From an uncultured Acidobacteriota bacterium (GTDB lineage Bacteria > Acidobacteriota > Terriglobia > UBA7540), in the NCBI GenBank assembly GCA_963804995.1, contig CAWDSK010000006.1, positions 1,856,001 to 1,920,000 on the forward strand: 64,000 nucleotides of DNA. The letters run 5' to 3'. Position 1 is the first letter of the stretch. Every line of letters starts with the position of its first letter. The notes under the pieces were generated by a model. That model did not search any database. It had not been told where the DNA came from and saw only the letters and a list, made by a program, of their open reading frames with translations. The translations under genes were made by a program, and so were the position numbers. This document shows, in pieces, positions 60,848 through 64,000 of this stretch.

Positions 60848-63800
60848 TTGTATAAGCTAAAAAAACTCGAACTGCTCGGCTTCAAGTCATTCGCAGACCG
60901 CACCCGACTCGAGTTCGCGGACGGCATCGCGGGCGTGGTGGGACCGAATGGCTGCGGAAAGTCCAATCTTTCGGACGCCATCACCTGGGTGCTCGGCGAA
61001 CAGAGCGCGCGCCTGCTGCGTGGCGAGCGCATGGCCGATGTGATCTTCAATGGCACCGGCACGCGCCCCCCCACTGGCATGTCGGAAGTCAGCATGACGC
61101 TCGTCGATCCGGAATATGAAGGGCTGCCGGATGAAGAAGAGGAACTTCCGCAAGAAAGCGACTCTCTCGAAGCAGAGCCCGCGAGCTTCACGCCGGATGC
61201 CTCTGAACCTGGGAACGGAAACGGGAATGGGAATGGCAACGGGACGGGGGCAAAAGCGCGAACCTTCCGCCATCGCGCCGGCGAAATCACCGTAACGCGG
61301 CGGCTCTTTCGCTCCGGGGAGAGTGAGTACCTGATCAACGGCGACGTTTGCCGGTTGCGCGATATTCAGGACCTGTTCATGGGAACCGGCCTCGGCCCGG
61401 AATCCTACGCCATCATTGAGCAAGGCCGCATCGGGCAGATCCTCAGCTCCAAGCCCTCCGATCGCCGTCTGATCCTGGAAGAAGCCGCCGGCGTTTCAAA
61501 ATTCAAGACTCGCAAACGGCTGGCGGAAGCGAAGCTGGAATCGTCACGGCTGAACCTCTCGCGAATCTCTGACATCCTGGAAGAAGTCTCGAAGCAGGTA
61601 AACTCGCTGAAGCGCCAGGCTTCCAAAGCGCGCCGCTACCGGGAACTTCACGACGAACTGCGCGGCCGCTTGAAGACCGTGCTGACTTCACGCCTCAAAG
61701 CGCTGGAAGCGGAATTTCTGCGCCTGCGCGCCGAACTCGCCCAGGTGCAGGAAGAGTGCCTCGCTGCCGCTCAAGAACTCGAAACGATTGAGCAGGAGCA
61801 GAAGACCACAACGCAGCGGTATGAGGAGCTGGAAACCCACCTCACCCAATTGCGCGAGCAGTTAGCGCAGGGCGACCTGGAGCACGAACGATTGCTCTCC
61901 CGCCTGGAACAGGTCAAGCAGCAGACGGCGAACCTGGACACGCGCGGGGAGGAAGCGGCGCGGGAAAGCCTGGAACTCCGCACCCAACTTGCTGCGCTTG
62001 AAGCCCAAACCCTCGAGCGCAACCAGCAGGTGGAGCAGCTCCAGCAGGAGTGGGCCGCGGCGAAAGACTCCCTGGCGGGAATCCTGATGCGCCAGGAGGA
62101 TTTGAACTTCCAGCTCGGCGTGGCTGAGCAGGACGTTGACTCCTGTCGCCAGTCGCTGCTCGAGGCGGTCAGCCATGGGGCGGAGCTTCGCAACCAGATG
62201 GTGCAAGCGGAAGAGGCGGGTTTGGCGCTGGAGCGCCAAACGGCCCGCACCGGTTCTGAGAAGTCCGTCGTGCAGGCTGAGTATCTTCGACTCGCGGAGG
62301 AACTCGAAGCATACATCTCCGATCATCAGCGCGGCGCTACGGCCCTGGCGGAGCTGGTGCAGTCCGTGGCGCGTACCACCCGGGAACTTGAGCAAGCGCG
62401 CAGTGAGGAAGCCTCCTTGCGCTCGCAAGTGGAGGCTCTGCGGCGGGAGTATTCCGGCAGCGTGGCGCGCAAGGAAGCTCTGGAGCAATCCCTGGCGCGT
62501 CATGCCTACAGCACGGAAAGCGTGCGCCGCCTGCTCTCGGGCGAGATTCCCGTTAACGGTCATCACTTCCAACCCCTGGGACTGCTGGCGGATTTTGTGG
62601 AAGTGTCGGCGGGTTACGAGGAAGTGGTGGAGGAATTCCTGAAGCAGGAACTTGAGTGTGTCGTGGTTGAGCAACATGCCGAGGCGCGCTCGGGAATCGC
62701 TTTGCTGCAGAGTTCAGGCACGGGCCGCTCCACCTTTTTTGTCACGCATCTGCCCTCCCATGGACACTCGCACGCGAATGGCGATTCAGGGGTCCGGAGC
62801 GAGCGCGGGGTCGTGGCTGCCGTGCGGGAACTGGTGCGGTTTGAATCCAAGCTGGGCTTGAATGGTGATATCGCTTTGCCGGCCCTCGGCAATGCCTATT
62901 TGGTGGAAGACGATGGGACAGCGGAACGCTTGGCCGGAGCTTATCCTGACTGCCACTTCCTGACCGTGACGGGCGCCCACTATCATCATCGCCTGGTGTC
63001 GGGCGGCAAGGGCTCAAACGCGGGGCCACTGGCGTTACGGCGGGACTTCCGGGAGTTGGAGCGGCGGACGTCGGAATTGGAAGGGCTGATCAAGGCCAAG
63101 GAAATTGCTCTGACGGAAGCCGAAGAGCGCGCCAGGCGGTTGGATGTCGAGCTCAAGGGCCTGGTGAGCAGCGAACTCGAGGCGGAGAAGAAAGCCGTCG
63201 TGGCCGATGAGAAGCTGCGTCAAACCCGCGGGGCCTACGATCGCGCGCAGCGGCAACTGGAGAATCTCCTCGCCGAAGCCAGAGCGCTCGAGCAAGAACA
63301 TGCCCTGGTGGAAGAACGGCAGGCGATCCTGCGCACGGACCTGGAGGCCGCCGGAACCGCCAAGGCACAGGGCGAAGAGGCAATCGCCGCGGCTACGCAG
63401 CGGGCGCGCGAGCTGCGGGCGGCCCTGGACCGGGTGGCGCTGGAAATCGCAGACGCACAGTCCGCGGCGCGCGCCTTGGAAGAGAGAACCCGCGCGGCGG
63501 AAGCAGAGGCCGTAAGACTTCAGGCTGCCCGGGAAGATCTGTGGAACCGCATCGCGCGTCTCGACCAGCAGGCGGAAACCTGGAGGCAGGAGCGCGTGCG
63601 CCTGGCAGAGGAGAGCTCAACAAATCAGCTCCGCCTGGAACAGCTTCAGGTTGAATTGGAGGCCGTCCGCCTCGAACTGCATAGCCGCGCCGAGGAATGC
63701 CGGACGCTCAAAGTCGAGCGGGACACCCTTGGCCCGCGCGTGGATGCGGCGCGGGCGGAGCTGGAGGCACGGCGCGAGAAACGCTCCGAGGCTGAAGTGG

Positions 63801-64000
63801 CGCTGGCGCGCGCGGAATCCGACTACGCGCACCATTCGCAGCAGTGTCGCGACGAATTGAACGCCGACCCCGTGACCTTGCTCGCGGAACTCGCGCCCGA
63901 AGCAGTACTGGCGGGAGAGACGCTGCACCTGGCGGAAGAGGAGATGCGGCAGCTCAAGACGCGGATTGAGAATCTGGGTCCCGTCAACATGATGGCACTG
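60848..64000 (+). CDS. smc: Chromosome segregation protein Smc, runs off the window end
   Basis: TTG start, KLELLGFKSFADRT, VGPNGCGKSN, IIEQGRI, EEAAGVSKF, coiled coils, hinge, LGPVNMMAL at the window edge in the same frame. Confidence 0.95.
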   Translation, partial: MYKLKKLELLGFKSFADRTRLEFADGIAGVVGPNGCGKSNLSDAITWVLGEQSARLLRGERMADVIFNGTGTRPPTGMSEVSMTLVDPEYEGLPDEEEELPQESDSLEAEPASFTPDASEPGNGNGNGNGNGTGAKARTFRHRAGEITVTRRLFRSGESEYLINGDVCRLRDIQDLFMGTGLGPESYAIIEQGRIGQILSSKPSDRRLILEEAAGVSKFKTRKRLAEAKLESSRLNLSRISDILEEVSKQVNSLKRQASKARRYRELHDELRGRLKTVLTSRLKALEAEFLRLRAELAQVQEECLAAAQELETIEQEQKTTTQRYEELETHLTQLREQLAQGDLEHERLLSRLEQVKQQTANLDTRGEEAARESLELRTQLAALEAQTLERNQQVEQLQQEWAAAKDSLAGILMRQEDLNFQLGVAEQDVDSCRQSLLEAVSHGAELRNQMVQAEEAGLALERQTARTGSEKSVVQAEYLRLAEELEAYISDHQRGATALAELVQSVARTTRELEQARSEEASLRSQVEALRREYSGSVARKEALEQSLARHAYSTESVRRLLSGEIPVNGHHFQPLGLLADFVEVSAGYEEVVEEFLKQELECVVVEQHAEARSGIALLQSSGTGRSTFFVTHLPSHGHSHANGDSGVRSERGVVAAVRELVRFESKLGLNGDIALPALGNAYLVEDDGTAERLAGAYPDCHFLTVTGAHYHHRLVSGGKGSNAGPLALRRDFRELERRTSELEGLIKAKEIALTEAEERARRLDVELKGLVSSELEAEKKAVVADEKLRQTRGAYDRAQRQLENLLAEARALEQEHALVEERQAILRTDLEAAGTAKAQGEEAIAAATQRARELRAALDRVALEIADAQSAARALEERTRAAEAEAVRLQAAREDLWNRIARLDQQAETWRQERVRLAEESSTNQLRLEQLQVELEAVRLELHSRAEECRTLKVERDTLGPRVDAARAELEARREKRSEAEVALARAESDYAHHSQQCRDELNADPVTLLAELAPEAVLAGETLHLAEEEMRQLKTRIENLGPVNMMAL

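Noticed and set aside
60559..63928. Many minus-strand and short ORFs in the last 3.4 kb
   Set aside because: Shadows of smc, which the track missed because it has no stop inside the window

Overview
GC-rich bacterial chromosomal segment, most likely Acidobacteriota (Terriglobia-like). This is inferred from an Oar-type TonB receptor, a wHTH-kinase-TPR protein, a FecR/DUF6600 protein and Smc with an acidic head insertion. Housekeeping and metabolic genes: Tat-exported oxidoreductase and epimerase, glgB, GH27 alpha-galactosidase, NtrC-type regulator, class I aldolase, an octaheme HAO-like cytochrome, an RsbU/W/V plus MlaEFD operon, gcvTHP, a B12 radical SAM enzyme and smc. Accessory DNA between them: four type II TA pairs, a putative HhH-glycosylase-like/HEPN fusion, a stand-alone Cas4-like nuclease, an orphan Rhs toxin-immunity pair, an ORF-less IIC group II intron, an IS4-family element, and a lower-GC island with an Eco29kI-like endonuclease, an unusual DPPH methyltransferase and single genes separated by ~92-bp palindromic repeats. 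The dominant theme is a dense set of REP/REPIN-like palindromes. They delimit gene cassettes, serve as targets for the intron and the IS, and occur in frame inside a kinase gene. Several conserved genes carry single-base frameshifts that probably reflect sequencing error. No rRNA, tRNA or CRISPR array was recognised. All family calls are from motif recognition, not database searches.
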